Source: Scyliorhinus canicula (taxonomy: Eukaryota). Taken from it: a stretch of DNA of 64,000 nucleotides. The stretch is taken from NCBI RefSeq assembly GCF_902713615.1, contig NC_052171.1:8583209-8647208 (forward strand). Reading direction: 5' to 3'. Every line of letters starts with the position of its first letter. The stretch's first letter is position 1. The notes under the pieces are model-generated. The model was not told the origin of the DNA, did no database searches, and worked only from the letters and a program-made list of their open reading frames with translations. Positions 47,726-60,856 of the stretch are shown piece after piece. The position numbers and the translations under genes were made by a program.

Positions 47726-49489
47726 TCTGGCGAGATAACCAAAGTGGATGAGCACCCCTCTGATCTGGAAACTGGGCTGATTTGCACAAGCCCAGCAGCT
47801 TCCCCTTTTTAGAAAGAGCACAACAGCCATAAAAAAGGCCACTCCAGCTTTTACCAAACACTGGCCTGACCCGAGCCAGAAGTCCTTGCGGTCAGTTCTG
47901 AATTGGCACCCTCTAGAAAGGATGCTGTGACCTTGCAGCATAGAGGTTTGTCAGTATGCTGGCGGGATGAGGGACATGAGTTATGAGAAGAGAGACTAGA
48001 TTGGCTACGATTATCCTTCGAGCACAGATGCCAAAGAGAGGTTGCAGATTAAGCAGTGATTTTGATGAGGGCGAATCGCAAGGATGGCCGGTAACCAGAG
48101 GAAAACAGGTTTAAGATAATTAGCTAAAATAATTGGGCGGCACAATTGCTTCACAGCGCCAGGGTCCCAGGTTCGATTCCCGGCTTGGGTCACTGTCTGT
48201 GCGGAGTCTGCACGTTCCCCCGTGTCTGCGTGGGTTTCCTCCGGGTGCTCCGATATTCTCCCTCTGCGTACCCAAACAGGCACCGGAACGTGTCGACTAG
48301 GGGATTTTCACAGTAACTTCATTGCAGTGTTAATGTAAGCCTACTTTTTTTGACTTTACCCAGGCTTTTATTTTTGGTTTGAGTTTCGAAAGCATATGGC
48401 CTGATCGGAGAGGTTACTGTCTGTCCAGGTGAACTTTGAAACGTGACGTCTCCTCATCCTTAACAGCAGATTCTCTCATTTTGAAACCCAAGTGAGCACT
48501 GTACCTGATGAGAATGGCTTTGACTGATCTAATGGTATGAACCTGCCCTGAGGGGGGCAATGTGGTTTCCGAACTCCAGCGTTTCTGTAAACTTCCATTG
48601 TGTCAGAACATTTCCGGGAAGCTGGGCTGGGAGCCAGACCCTTTTTCCAAGTAGATTTCCATTCACTTTTGCGCAGGGCTGTCAAAAGGGGCCCAAGTGC
48701 TGCTAACATATGCGCTGAAGGAATGGGTTCCCTGCTCCCAAAGCCCACTCCCAGACCATTGGCGTGTGATTTGTGCCTTCCTCAATTAAAAAAAGTCTTC
48801 TGCCAAAACATTATGTGCTGGCTATGTGAATGTTCTGGACATTAACCCTGTCAGTGTGACTGAAACGCTGTCAATTCCCACCTGTCCACATCTTGTCATC
48901 CTCTCGGAAAAGTAAAAAATAGAACGGTTTGTCATTGAGTGTCACTTGACTGCCCAGTAAAATTTTCATGAGGCAGCAATTCTCTGAGGGTTGAGGTGGT
49001 GGTGTTCCTATGTGCCTGCTGCTTTCGTCCTTCGAGGTGGTGGGTTTGCCGAGGAAGGTTTGAGAGTTGCTCCGGAATCGGTACCACATTGGTGGAGGGA
49101 GTGAATGTTTAAGATGGCGAACAGGATGTCAATCAAACGGGCTGCTTTATCTTGGATGGTGTCAAGCATCTTGAGCGATGTAGGAGCTGCACTTGTCCAG
49201 TGGATTGGAGTGTAGTCCATCACACTCCTGACTTCTGCTGTGTTGATGGTGGATGGGATGTGGGGACTCAGGGATTGAGTTACTCGCTACAAAGTTCCCT
49301 GCCTCTGATCAGCTCTTGTAAGCACTGCGTTTATGTGACAGAGTCTGCAGATCACGTAATAGACTTGTCAGCCATCTCAGAACTTTATTGAACCAGAGTG
49401 GAAGCAAGCCATCCTTGATCAATAGGGACTGCCCAAGAAGAGGGATGAGGAATGATTGAGCAGAATGGGCAGAGATGTCACTGAAAAGA

Positions 49490-49583
49490 GAGCACAGTAA
49501 GAAGACTTACAACACCAGGTTAAAGTCCAACAGGTTTGTTTCAAACACGAGCTTTCGGAGCACTGCTCCTTCCTTAGGTGAAA
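49490..49583 (-). mobile_element. Solo Penelope terminal-repeat fragment with mutated hammerhead core
   Basis: Matches 43921-44006; core reads CUAAGGA. Confidence 0.8.
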
Positions 49584-50424
49584 CTTTAACTTTACTTTAC
49601 TTCCAAAAGTAAAATGAGTAAACATTGGGGTGATGTTACAGCGAGTCATCCACCTTCAGGGTATGAGACAAGTTATATATAGCATAGGAGTTGGACAGTG
49701 GTGACTTACACAAGTAATTTAATCATGGTACTGATGACTGGTGAAAATCAGCAGACACGAGGGATCAAATTACTGCTGTGAACTTGCCACCGATCATTTT
49801 ATTTTAGGCTAAGTTTGGATTTATTTAAACATGGCAGGCCATGCCGCAATAACCAACCTTCTTGGCCTCCTGACAATCCACAAGTAGCTGATGCGCAAGA
49901 GAGAGATTTGGGTTAGTTTTTGGTCAATTCAGAGGAAAATGCCAAAATAATCCCCACTTTGGTCCATTTCCTGCTGAAATTTCCTTTTTTCTTCAAGAGG
50001 AAAAGTGATTTTCCATCTTTGGTACAGGGAGAGATAGTGTCCTTGGGTTCCTGTGTGATCAGACAGCCGGTATTAAAGAATGGGAATTAAAAAGGTGTTT
50101 TTTCAATAGGAGCACAAAGATTAAAAGCTGTGTCTTTGTTCATTCGTGTCCAGATTCGATTCTTGTGAACAAGGACAATAACCTTGACAGAGCTAACTGA
50201 ATGCAGTGGGGATCCATTTTGTCCCATACATTTGCAGAATGAAAATATTCTTGGATGTATTTTAGCAGTAGGAACTGGCTGCTGTTTGATTTAATATAGC
50301 TGATAAAGCATTTTTATTTGGTGTCACTACGCTACATATTAATGACTGAGGAAAGTGTCTGAAACAATCATGCAGAACCATTCCCTGGTTAGACTGGCAC
50401 AGTAGTCAGTTCCTTAGCAAATTA

Positions 50425-51055
50425 ACATAGGAACAACATTGGAATTAGGAACAGAAGTAGGCAATTCGGCCCCTTGAGCTTGCTTGACTCTTCAATCAGA
50501 TCAGGGCTAATCTCTTCCTGGTCTGAAATCCATCTCCCTACCTCTTCTCCATATACCTTTAACCGTTTGTTTTTTAAGTCAGAAATATATCCATCTCCTT
50601 CCTGAAACCAATTAATGATTGGGACTCCACCGCACTGTGGGGCAGCGAGTTCCACAACTTCACCACCCTCTACGAGAAGTAGTTCCTCCTCATCTCAGTT
50701 CTCAATCTACCGCCTCTCAACCTATATCTGTGATCTCTCGTTCTACTTTGCTCCACAAGGGGGAACATTTGGTCAACGTTTACTTTATCAATCCCTTTTA
50801 GTATCTTGTGCACCTCGATCAGATCCCCTCTCATCCTTTTAAACTCCAGCGAGTATCAGCCCAAACTGTTTAATCTCTCCTCGTGCGTTCATCCCCGGAA
50901 TCAATCTGGTGACCCTCCTCTGAACTGCTGCCAATCCCACCACATCCTTCCTCAAATAAGGAGACCAAAACTGGACACAGTACTCCAGATGTGGTCTCAC
51001 TAACACCCTCTACGATTGCAACAATACTTCTCTCCTTTTATACTCCATTTCTAAA
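50425..51055 (-). mobile_element. CR1 3' fragment
   Basis: HLEY..QFW remnants plus a CR1-type tail. Confidence 0.8.
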
Positions 51056-51529
51056 TGTTCTTCCACGCCGTCCTTGCAGCCACAGGAGCCTGTTTTAAGT
51101 TTTAGAATCGCCGCAAAGGCCCTCAAACAGTTACTCAGAATGGTGATTGGTAATTCTGGGGACACGGTCTGTTTTGTCTGGTGGAGCCCGCTTCTCGTGC
51201 AATGTTTTATTCCGGAATGGAAAAACGTCACAGGAACGCAAGTGTAATTTGCAGTTGAAATTCCACAACGTTCTGAGCCGGTTGCTCCAGCTTTGGAGTG
51301 TGTAAAATAACAGCATGACTGAGAATAAAAATCACTTATTGTCACAAGTAGGCTTCAAATGAGGTTACTGTGAAAAGCCCCTAGTCGCCACATTCCGGCA
51401 CCTGTTCGGGGAGGAAACACTAGGTGGCGATCTCCTGAAGGTGGTTTATTGTATTTTCCAACAAATTAAATTTCACAGACATTATCATCTGCAGACTGAA
51501 CAGACAGGTCGAGAACCTTTAAAAAAAAA

Positions 51530-52140
51530 AATTTTTAAGTGTCCAATTTGTTTTCCAATTAAGGGGCAATTTAGCATGGCCAATCCACCTAACCTGCACA
51601 TAGAAACAGTACAGGCCCTTCAGCCCACAATGTTGTGCCGACCATTTATCCTAATCCAAGATCAACCTAACCTACACCCCCTTCAATTTACTGCATGTGC
51701 CTGTCCAAGCAACGCTTAAATGTCCCTAATGTCCACCGCCTCTGCTGGCAGTGCATTCCACGCACCCACCACTCTCTGTGTAAAGAACCGACCTCTGACA
51801 TCTCCCCTATACCTTCCTCCAATCACCTTAAAATTATGTCCCCTTGTGACAGCCATTTCCGCCCTGGGGAAAAGTCTCTGGCTATCCACTCTATCCATGC
51901 CTCTCATCACCTTGTACACCTCTATCAAGTCACCTCTCTGCCTCCTTCACTCCAGTGAGAAAATCCCTCGCTCCCTCAACCTTTCTTCATAAGACATGCT
52001 CTCCATTCCAGGCAGCATCCTGGTAAATCTCCTCTGCACCCTCTCCAAAGCATCTACATCCTTCCTCTAATGACGCGACCATTGGGTTGTGGGGGGTGAG
52101 ATCCACGCTGATATGGGGAGAATGTGCAAACTCCAAACGG
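51530..52140 (-). mobile_element. SINE interrupted by a CR1 3' fragment (~51599-52080)
   Basis: IEVYKVMRG...TRGHNFK...FFTQRVVGAWNALP nested between SINE halves. Confidence 0.8.
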
Positions 52141-53937
52141 ACATTGGTACAGTACCTTTTAACGGAGGAAAACATTGTGTGATGATGCATAAGACGACAA
52201 GTATTGAATAGAGGCCAGCCAGGAAAGCATGTCAATAGCCTAGTCTGAGGGTGACAGCAGCATGAATCGAGCAGATGAGCGAAAGGTTTGAGGACGTGAA
52301 AGTGGGCAACCTTTGTCATGTCAAGGATATGGAGTTGGAGGCGGTGTGAAATGGCGAGCCATTGCTGCTAATGGTCTGATTCAGCGACCACGGAATAGAG
52401 AGACCTGGCAGTGAGAGAGCTGCTGGTGCCATCAGCCTGCACGTGGAATTTTCTGGAGTGTCTTCGGATTAGTTGTAAAGGGAAGCATGCGGATGAGAAA
52501 TTGGAGAATGCCAACAAATGATCCTTGAGGCAACCTCGAGGTAAATGCATATATGCCTGGGGGAAAGCCATTGCAGGAGATTCTTGATCCAAAATTGGAT
52601 AGATAAGAGTGAAGCAAGGTAAAGGCTATTCCGGTCAACTAGACTAGAGAGATGTTGGAGGAGGTGCTGCGGTCAACTATGCTGAAGGCTGCAGAGAGGT
52701 TCAGAAGGATGGGGAAGGGATAGCGCACCAAGGCCCCCATCACAGAGGATGTCATCACTGCTGTTGCCGAGGGAGCATCTTATTCGAGAGGTTCCACATG
52801 AAGTTGTGGGAAAGGCGGGCATGAATTCAGGAGATGACGAAATGTTCGGGAACTTTCTGATTAAAAAAAAAGTTAAAGGGATATGAGGAAGAGATCAGCC
52901 ATAATCTGATTGAATGGCGGAGAAGGCTCGAAGGGCTGAATTGACTACTTCTCCTGATTCCTAAGGAACTTTGGAAAAGTTGGTGAAAGATGAGGCGAAT
53001 CATTGAGTGGGTTTTGTTGAGGGGGGGTAGGGTGATGGCAAGTTTGAGGAACCCTGAGCAGGAACGGTCAGGAAGAGGTATTGGGTGCTTAGCTTAGTCA
53101 CTTCACATGAAAGCAACCAAGAACGTTCAGCTCAGTGTGCTCGAATGGCTCCTACAAGAGGGATGAGGCACATCACTGCTTATGGAGCTCTTATAAACAT
53201 TCAATGCAATTCTCTCCGCCTGGAATTCACAACCACTGCCCCACAGTGAAGTTGGGACGAGCTATTTGGTACATCCCTTCAGAAATTTACTGATTAGCAA
53301 CATCAAACAGTTCCTTTTGTGAAAACTTTGCTCATTCCATTTATTAGTAAGTGTAAGGAATGTTTCAAATCAAGTTTTTTTTTAAAAAAAACTCTGGCTT
53401 CCCACAATCCTTCTGGATTTGGGTGTTCAGAACAAATACCATACCTTGCTGAAAAATCTTTTTGTCTCGGGAAGCAACAAACGTGTGCTGTATGAGATGG
53501 GCTGATTGTTTGCCAAGTTGGCTTTGGTGAGTTGCCATGGAGAGTGCACCAGTTGATGGCGAGTGACAGTCAAGTGCCAAGCTTGGTTTGAAATTTAAAC
53601 CAGGCAGTTTGACTCTGATTGGTCAAGGCTCCCTGAAGAATGAACCCACAAATGGCTGTCACGTGTTTCAGCTGAAACAGGTGCAGTGTGTGCATTGCAT
53701 TCTTCGTGGGACCCAGAACCCTCTTCTCAGACAGCATAAATTTGTTATTTCCCAATATTTGGTCGTTTTGCAAATTGTCCCGGGGTAATATTGAAGTTCT
53801 GCACTAGCAAACTATGATTATATACATATAAAAAAAATACTTTCTGCAACCATTTCTTAGTACCTTTGCTCCCTTCCATCTATATAGTGTATTGATTTGC
53901 ACTCGTGGACTGATCTTACTCTTTCTCATCTTTTCAG

Positions 53938-54040
53938 GCCAAAGAATTATGTTTTGGGGTGAACAATGAGCCATACTGGTGTGAGACAGGATACTGCTGC
54001 GGGGAGACAGAGTGTTGCACCTACTATTACGAACTGTGGT
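53938..54040 (+). CDS. wbp1-like: WBP1-family exon 2 (Cys-rich luminal domain)
   Basis: AKELCFGVNNEPYWCETGYCCGETECCTYYYELW; TTTTCAG/GTAAG boundaries. Confidence 0.95.
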
Positions 54041-55008
54041 GTAAGTTTCCAGCGTATGCACAGACACTTCCTTTAGCAGCCAGAGGATTGTGTTTCTCCA
54101 GGTCTTGGCACAAGGGTGTTAAAGATCACAAGGTAGGAGGTAACCTGTGGCCTGGAATGGGACTTGGTGAATGGTCACGACACAGTTGGCAACAATTCAC
54201 TTCTCTCTCTGTCTCATTGTTCCTAGTGCAGTCAAATGATCCCATCTTCCTGCTGATGATGCACCATAGTGAACTTTGATATTCGCATTACCGTGGGAAG
54301 CTCAGCAGCACAGCTACAGGTCCCCAGGTTCGATGCCCGACTTGGGTCACTTGTCTGTGCGGAGTTCCTCCGCGTGCTCCGGTTTCTTCCCACAAGTTCC
54401 GAAAGACGTGCTTGTCAGGTGAATTGGACATTCTGAATTCTTCCTCTGTGCATCCGAACAGGCTCCGAAGTGTGGCGACGAGGGGATTTTCACAGTAACT
54501 TCATTTCAGTGTTAATGTAAGCCTATTTGTGACAAGATCATTAATAATGAATTCAGCTCCCATCAGGGCATTAGATACGCAAATCTAGGCAGGCTGTTCA
54601 ACACAATACTGAGGGAATAATTCTGCACTGTTGGTGCTTGCTGAAGGAGAACGGGTTAAAACTGCCTGTTCCAGAGTTTAAAATCCCATGCCATTTTTCA
54701 AGGAAGTTCCCCTATTTCCTGATCATTGTTAGTTTTGAGCACAGAGTATACAAGCCAAGGCTCTGAGAGCTGTTCTTTGCTTGGTGCTATTGAACACCCA
54801 GCTCCGCCACTAGCCAGAGCCCTGGTTTCTCATCCGACAATCCTCTCTCGGTAGTATCAGCAAATGTGAATTCCTGGAGTGGGACTGAAACCCTGGAAAC
54901 CCTATTTACCTCCTAAATTCCAGCTGCTCCAGCAGACTATTGTTTATCTTGCACTTCCTATACAATTTCCAGAAGCAACAAGGTAGATAGATGCTGCCGT
55001 GTGTTTGA

Positions 55009-55386
<378 letters not shown>

Positions 55387-55629
55387 TAGATCTGTCGCCC
55401 CTTTATCAGAACCGGAAACTGAAATGAGAGAGGCTGGGAAAGAATAGAGGACAGTTACGTGAAAATTGCTAAATCTTTCTCCAGACTGATTAGGTACGAA
55501 AGTTACCATCTCTTGCATACCGCGTTTAACTGTATCAACAAATCTGGTCACAAGTCACATCATTGCAGTGTTGATGTAAGCCTACTTGTGACAATAAAGA
55601 TTGTTATTAATTCTGCGTTCACCAAATAG

Positions 55630-56231
55630 GATTCTGGACAAACTGTAAGCTCCCAGACTACGAGGAAGTGGCAGGGCACCCACCGACACCCCCACCTCCC
55701 TATACGGAACTGCAGCAGCAGAGTGCACAGACCTCCAGCCACGAAACTGCGGTTGTCGAGAGCCAGCCTGCCCTGCAGGAGCCCGTACCCTCACTTCCGC
55801 CAGAGGCAGCAACACAAGAAGCAGAGTCCAGCCCGTCCATTTGCGAACAGGAGGATGACCGTCAGGCGACGGACACCCCCAGTTATCCCGCTGACAGAGA
55901 AAACGGTGATATCCTTCGAGACGAGGAACCGGCTGCCGATTTTAAAACTTTAGACATGGATTCTGACTTGTGCGGCCAAGGGGAAGGGAAGGAAGAAAGC
56001 TCGAGGCACAGGCGGATCACTGGGGACTCTGGCATAGAGGTGTGTGTGTGCCAGATGGATGAGGACCCTTACCATGAGGAAGTGGGTGGCATTGGTGCCC
56101 AGGAGTGTTGTGAACCCCAGTCGTCTTGTAACTCTCACCTTCGCACAGAGCAGTTCTCCAAGCAGGCTCAAAATATGCCGCCAGAGCTCCATACTGCTAA
56201 GGAACAAGAGCAGGACAATGAAGTTGTGTAG
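55630..56231 (+). CDS. wbp1-like: WBP1-family terminal exon (LPDY and PPPY WW-binding motifs)
   Basis: RFWTNCKLPDYEEVAGHPPTPPPPYTE...RHRRITGDSGIEVCVC...stop; the spliced total is 316 aa. Confidence 0.94.
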
Positions 56232-57324
56232 CACGTGCCACTTTTTGCTGGTACGAAAGAGTAAAAACAGATTGTGCAATCTCGGACTGCTCAGCATGAA
56301 TTCTGGGTTTATCTGATGTTTTCCACAAGGTGCCCTTTTCATCAGGTGCAAGATGCAGGTTGTAGTCTATAGATTGGGGAGTTTGGGAGCTGTCCAGGGT
56401 TTCGCAATCCCTGTTGCCTGTCTAAGCCAAGTTTCCTGCTTGCAGTTTTTTTTTAAAATTGACTGTCTTACTATATAACGCATTGATGATTTTCAAATCT
56501 TTGTCTTCAGAACTTCTTGGTCATTTAAAAAAAAAATACAGATCTTGTGTTTCTCCTCAACTTGCGCCCAAGAATATGCCATTTTAAGGAGGGGAGGATG
56601 GATGGGGCCTGTGAACAAGGCCACTGCCGTTGTGCAGCTTTGATTGCTCGGCATGCAAGAGTTGCTCAGGTTGCTTAAGTTCATGGCATCGCTTTTTTTT
56701 TTTGCCTTGCAGTGGCCATATGCCTCTCCAGACTCCTCACCGCAATAGATCAGTACGTGGTGATTCTACACCCTGTGGTGCCACAGGCCCCCGAAGGGTG
56801 TCTATTTCACTTTGATAATTTATTGAAAGAGCTGGGTTCCTGGTTGAGATGGGGTGTCTGGACTGCACTGATGCATCAAGTACTTCTGAATACAAGTTAA
56901 CTTTAAAAAAAAAAAAAAATTTAATTTTCGATTTGGATCCATTATATTTCTGTGGCACTTTTGGTAGAAGGTAACTTCTACCAAATGTACTGTTAATTTA
57001 CAAGTTAAGTACAAAGCTTTCATATGAAATGTAGCCCCCTCAGTGGTGGGGGGGGGAAAAAAGCCAAATTTAAGGCCTTCACTTTATACGATATTATCAC
57101 TGCTTATACGAGTAGCCAGAGGTGCCGCATCTCTCTCACTGTGTTACGGTTTTTCTGGCCAGCTAAAATAATCTGTGTTGTTCCTCACGACTTCAGCAAC
57201 ACCGGCTGTGTCATCTTGGTACTGTTCTAAATTCTGCTCTTTGTCTGGAGAGAGCATTTTGAACTGTGTAACAGTGGAGGGAAGTCGTGTAGATTCATCT
57301 CTGGGTGGGAGCAATCTGAAATGT

Positions 57325-57330
57325 AATAAA
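57325..57330 (+). other. Candidate polyadenylation signal of wbp1-like
   Basis: AATAAA ~1.1 kb after the stop codon; further candidates at 57841 and ~59077. Confidence 0.4.
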
Positions 57331-58239
57331 TATACGGTACAATGTTGAAGTGACTAGGGTGAAAAGTGTTGCTTTTCTCCTCATGGCCTATTAGTGCCAA
57401 TATATTCGATAACCTGGTGACAACATAATCTACTTTTTTGCCATTGTTTTAGAGTGAATTGTGACAAGCAGTGCAAAGTGTTGTACAAGAATATACAACT
57501 GTACGTACCTCTGATTAATCTGAAGTCAGTACAGAAAAGACTTGTATTAAACCTGGCTGAGAATCGGAGACTGCAAGGTCGGAGAAAAGCCAGGATCTCT
57601 GTGAGAGTTAGAAGGAAAATAGTCTCGTAACAGGAGTGTGTGTGTGAGAGATATCTACAACTCAGGAATTGTCCTCGTGCGCTCTGCCAGACTTATTTTC
57701 CTAACACTTCCCCAAAACATGGAGAAAAGCAACATGAGCCACACTGAAAATGCTCCTGAAAGTCACTACACAAGTCAGAGAGGAAGCTAAACTGAGAATT
57801 AGGCAAGGCAGGGACACACAAATGGAGTTGTGCAAATTGTAATAAAACTGGAGACAGACGGTCCTACAATTCACAAACATTGGACTGGAATGAAGGACAA
57901 AACAGTAACCGATGCCTCACAAGGAGTCAGGCGGAGAGAAAAACAGGAGGAATCTTCAGAAGGTACGAGCTGCAGTAAGCGTTTAGTGACTTAACAAAAT
58001 GGACATTGATGAAAGCAGAATACGACAAAGATGCGTCATGTCACACATCCTTTCACTGTAAATTCTGAACACGAGTTAGCCGGATTCCAGATCAGTGGAA
58101 AAGCTGAGAATCTGAGGCCAGTACTGCAGACAGGGCATTTACAACAAATACTTGACAATGAGTTTGAAATGCTGGCTGACTTGTCTTCAGAGTATCAATG
58201 TCAACGAGCAATTCAAAACATGTTCTACTTCACAACCAC

Positions 58240-58478
58240 ACGGTACATTCCCGGCTTGGGTCACTGTGCAGAGTCTGCACGTTCTCCCTGGGTGCTCTGG
58301 TTTCCTCCCACAGTCCAAAGATGTGCAGGTTAGGGGGATTGGCTATGCTAAATTGGCCTCAGTGTTGAGTGGGGTTACTGGGTTATGGGGATAGGGTGGA
58401 GGTGTGGGCTTGGGTAAGGTGTTCCTTCCAAGAGCCAGTGTAGACTTGATGGGCTGAAGGGCACTGTAAATTCTATGA
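58240..58478 (+). mobile_element. SINE
   Basis: Family similarity. Confidence 0.75.
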
Positions 58479-60210
58479 AAGATGTTTAAATGTACGATTT
58501 GAAAAAGCAACCGGTAACGATGAAGGAAGGCCCTTCATTGGAGGCCCTTGTTCTGATTTAGTAGCTGGAAAATGAGACGGCCGAACTAGGCTCCTTGACT
58601 TAGCACCTAGAGTGCTGAAAAGCCTGTTGTGCATGAGATACATATCACAGGAGTCAGAAGGAAAATTGCTTCTCACCAGAAAGCTTGATAACAGGGAATA
58701 ATGTGACTGGGCGATGCGATGGGAACTCCAGGTGCCCCCACAATCCAGCCGGAGCAGAAATGTAAATATATGGAGTATTTGGGATATAAACCTGGAGAGC
58801 AAAACATAGGGAGAAAGGGAATAGTGGAGCAATCCTTCAGACCCTCCGACAGTCTTTTTTTGTCATTAATCAGGTGTCCTTTTTTAAATATATTAGCTTG
58901 CGGGAGACTGTCATTTTTGCAGTAGTGGAATGCGGTTATATTTTGATGCCTTTTTAATAAGAAACATTTTAATTTTGTAATACTTTGATAGACACATTGA
59001 TAGACGCATGTCCCGAGGCGTGATGACATTTCATTGTACTATCTCTGAAAATTACAGTGAAGTCTTTTATATACAAAATAAATAAAAAAACATGGGTTCT
59101 TTACCTTTTGCGATTATGGATTTTGTTGTTTTGAAAACACTTGGAATCAGTGGAAAACAGACCTGTCCGATTCTGCAAACTGAAAGCAATAAACTTAGTC
59201 CGCGTCATTTGAAAGTTAGAGGGTAACAGGTTTGAGGGGAGAAAAGAGGAACTTCCAGGATAGCGATGGTAAACGTACATTTTTTAAACAGGTTTATAAA
59301 TGTTTAAAATCTTTCTAGAGCACTTTTTTTAAAACATAAAATACAGGCTAGAATTCGACTATTCTTTAAAAACATTCCCATCTTATGATTACACACACAG
59401 GTTTCACTGACGTGATGTTATGCCCCTCCAATAAAATGGAGACTCGCTCACAGGAAAATCCCATTTAGGGTCCACCCCTGCCCAGCAGTCAACCGTTTGA
59501 CAAGCTGCATGTTGGAATGCTCCCTAATCCCACTTTCCCGTACACTTCAATATTTACCTCATGAACTCCCAAAGGCAAGGCTGATTCACTTTCAGGAGGC
59601 CCTTGTTCTAACCTTGTGTGAAGCTAGGGAGCCTGGAGGTTTTGGAAAGGGCCGTTCTTAACCTTGTTGCCCAATTGATAGGTGCAACCGTCTAGCAAAA
59701 TGTGTTAGTCTCATTAGTTTGGAGTATCCGCGAATTACTGGGAACAGGGATTAAATATCCTAAAATTCTCCTGTAGAGCTCTGTGTAGCACAGCGAGAAA
59801 AGATTTAGACACCCCCACCGAGTGCTCCTTAATCATCTGCGGAAAATCTGAGTCGGTAATGGTTGAGATCAGCAATGTTTTACACATGTCTAAGCCTCTT
59901 GTTAAAAGATCTGTACCCACACCAGTGTCCTCCTCCTGTTCAACACATCGTTGGCTTCAAAACCATCAATGATCTGACCTACCATCTCCCACCGCAGCAC
60001 CAAGGTAACATTTCCTCATGTGCTAAACCAAGCTGGCTGAAACCTAAAAGAGCCACGGTCAACGATGGTGCAACGGGGAAGATTTGATGAGCAGGGCGAG
60101 CATTTTAAAATCCAGCCATGAGCAGAGAGCTGTGGCCCACATCAGATGCAGAAGTTAAAGTCCCTCTGTGCATTTTTTCTTGTGTTGAACATTAAATGGT
60201 TCAAATACGT

Positions 60211-60226
60211 ATTGTGATGTCACAAT
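60211..60226. promoter_or_regulatory. Variant CRE palindrome (ATTGTGATGTCACAAT) upstream of profilin
   Basis: 16-bp near-perfect palindrome with TGATGTCA core, ~210 bp 5' of the ATG. Confidence 0.5.
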
Positions 60227-60433
60227 GGTCACTGTTTATGACCGTTTAACTTGCACACTTTCGAGGTTTGTTTCATCCCCTTGCTACGTTCTTCCTTATA
60301 GTGTGTCGTCCACTCCAGCAGAACTATTTTGAGCAGACTTCAGTCTGCAAGGTGAAACGGGGCCGCTGCATTTTTAGCCCGTACTCCCAAGTCTAAGCTT
60401 TGCCCCATCGGCCTCAGGTCTGGGGAGCCAGGG

Positions 60434-60856
60434 ATGCTGGGCTGGGAAGAGTACGTGAGGAGCTTACTCGCTGATGGACTGTGCCAGGATGCAGCAGTGT
60501 TTGCGTGCTCCTGCCCCAGGCTGCTGGCTGCCAAGCAGGAAGGGCTGTTTGAGCAAATGAGCCCGCGGGAAATCAAAACCATCATGAGCGGCGACCGGAA
60601 GACCTTCTTTGTCAAGGGCCTCACCATCGGCGGCTTGAAGTGCTTTGTCATCAGGGATAACTTCCACTTGGATGGGGACCATACCATGGACATCAGGACG
60701 AAAAGATGGGACAGCAACCATCCTTGTCACAGCATCGCCATTGCAAAGTCCAACAAAGTCTTCATCATGATCATGGGTAAGAGAGGGGTCCATGGAGGAA
60801 CCTTGAATAAAAAGGCCTTTCAGATGGCTAACTACATTAGAAAGTCCGGCTGTTAG
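60434..60856 (+). CDS. pfn3-like: Intronless profilin (PFN3-like by structure; PFN2-related in sequence)
   Basis: 140-aa ORF: MLGWEEYV...GLTIGGLKCFVIRD...TMDIRTK...MGKRGVHGGTLNKKAFQMANYIR; single exon; AATAAA at 61073-61078. Profilin identity is secure; the paralog name is inferred. Confidence 0.9.
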   Translation: MLGWEEYVRSLLADGLCQDAAVFACSCPRLLAAKQEGLFEQMSPREIKTIMSGDRKTFFVKGLTIGGLKCFVIRDNFHLDGDHTMDIRTKRWDSNHPCHSIAIAKSNKVFIMIMGKRGVHGGTLNKKAFQMANYIRKSGC

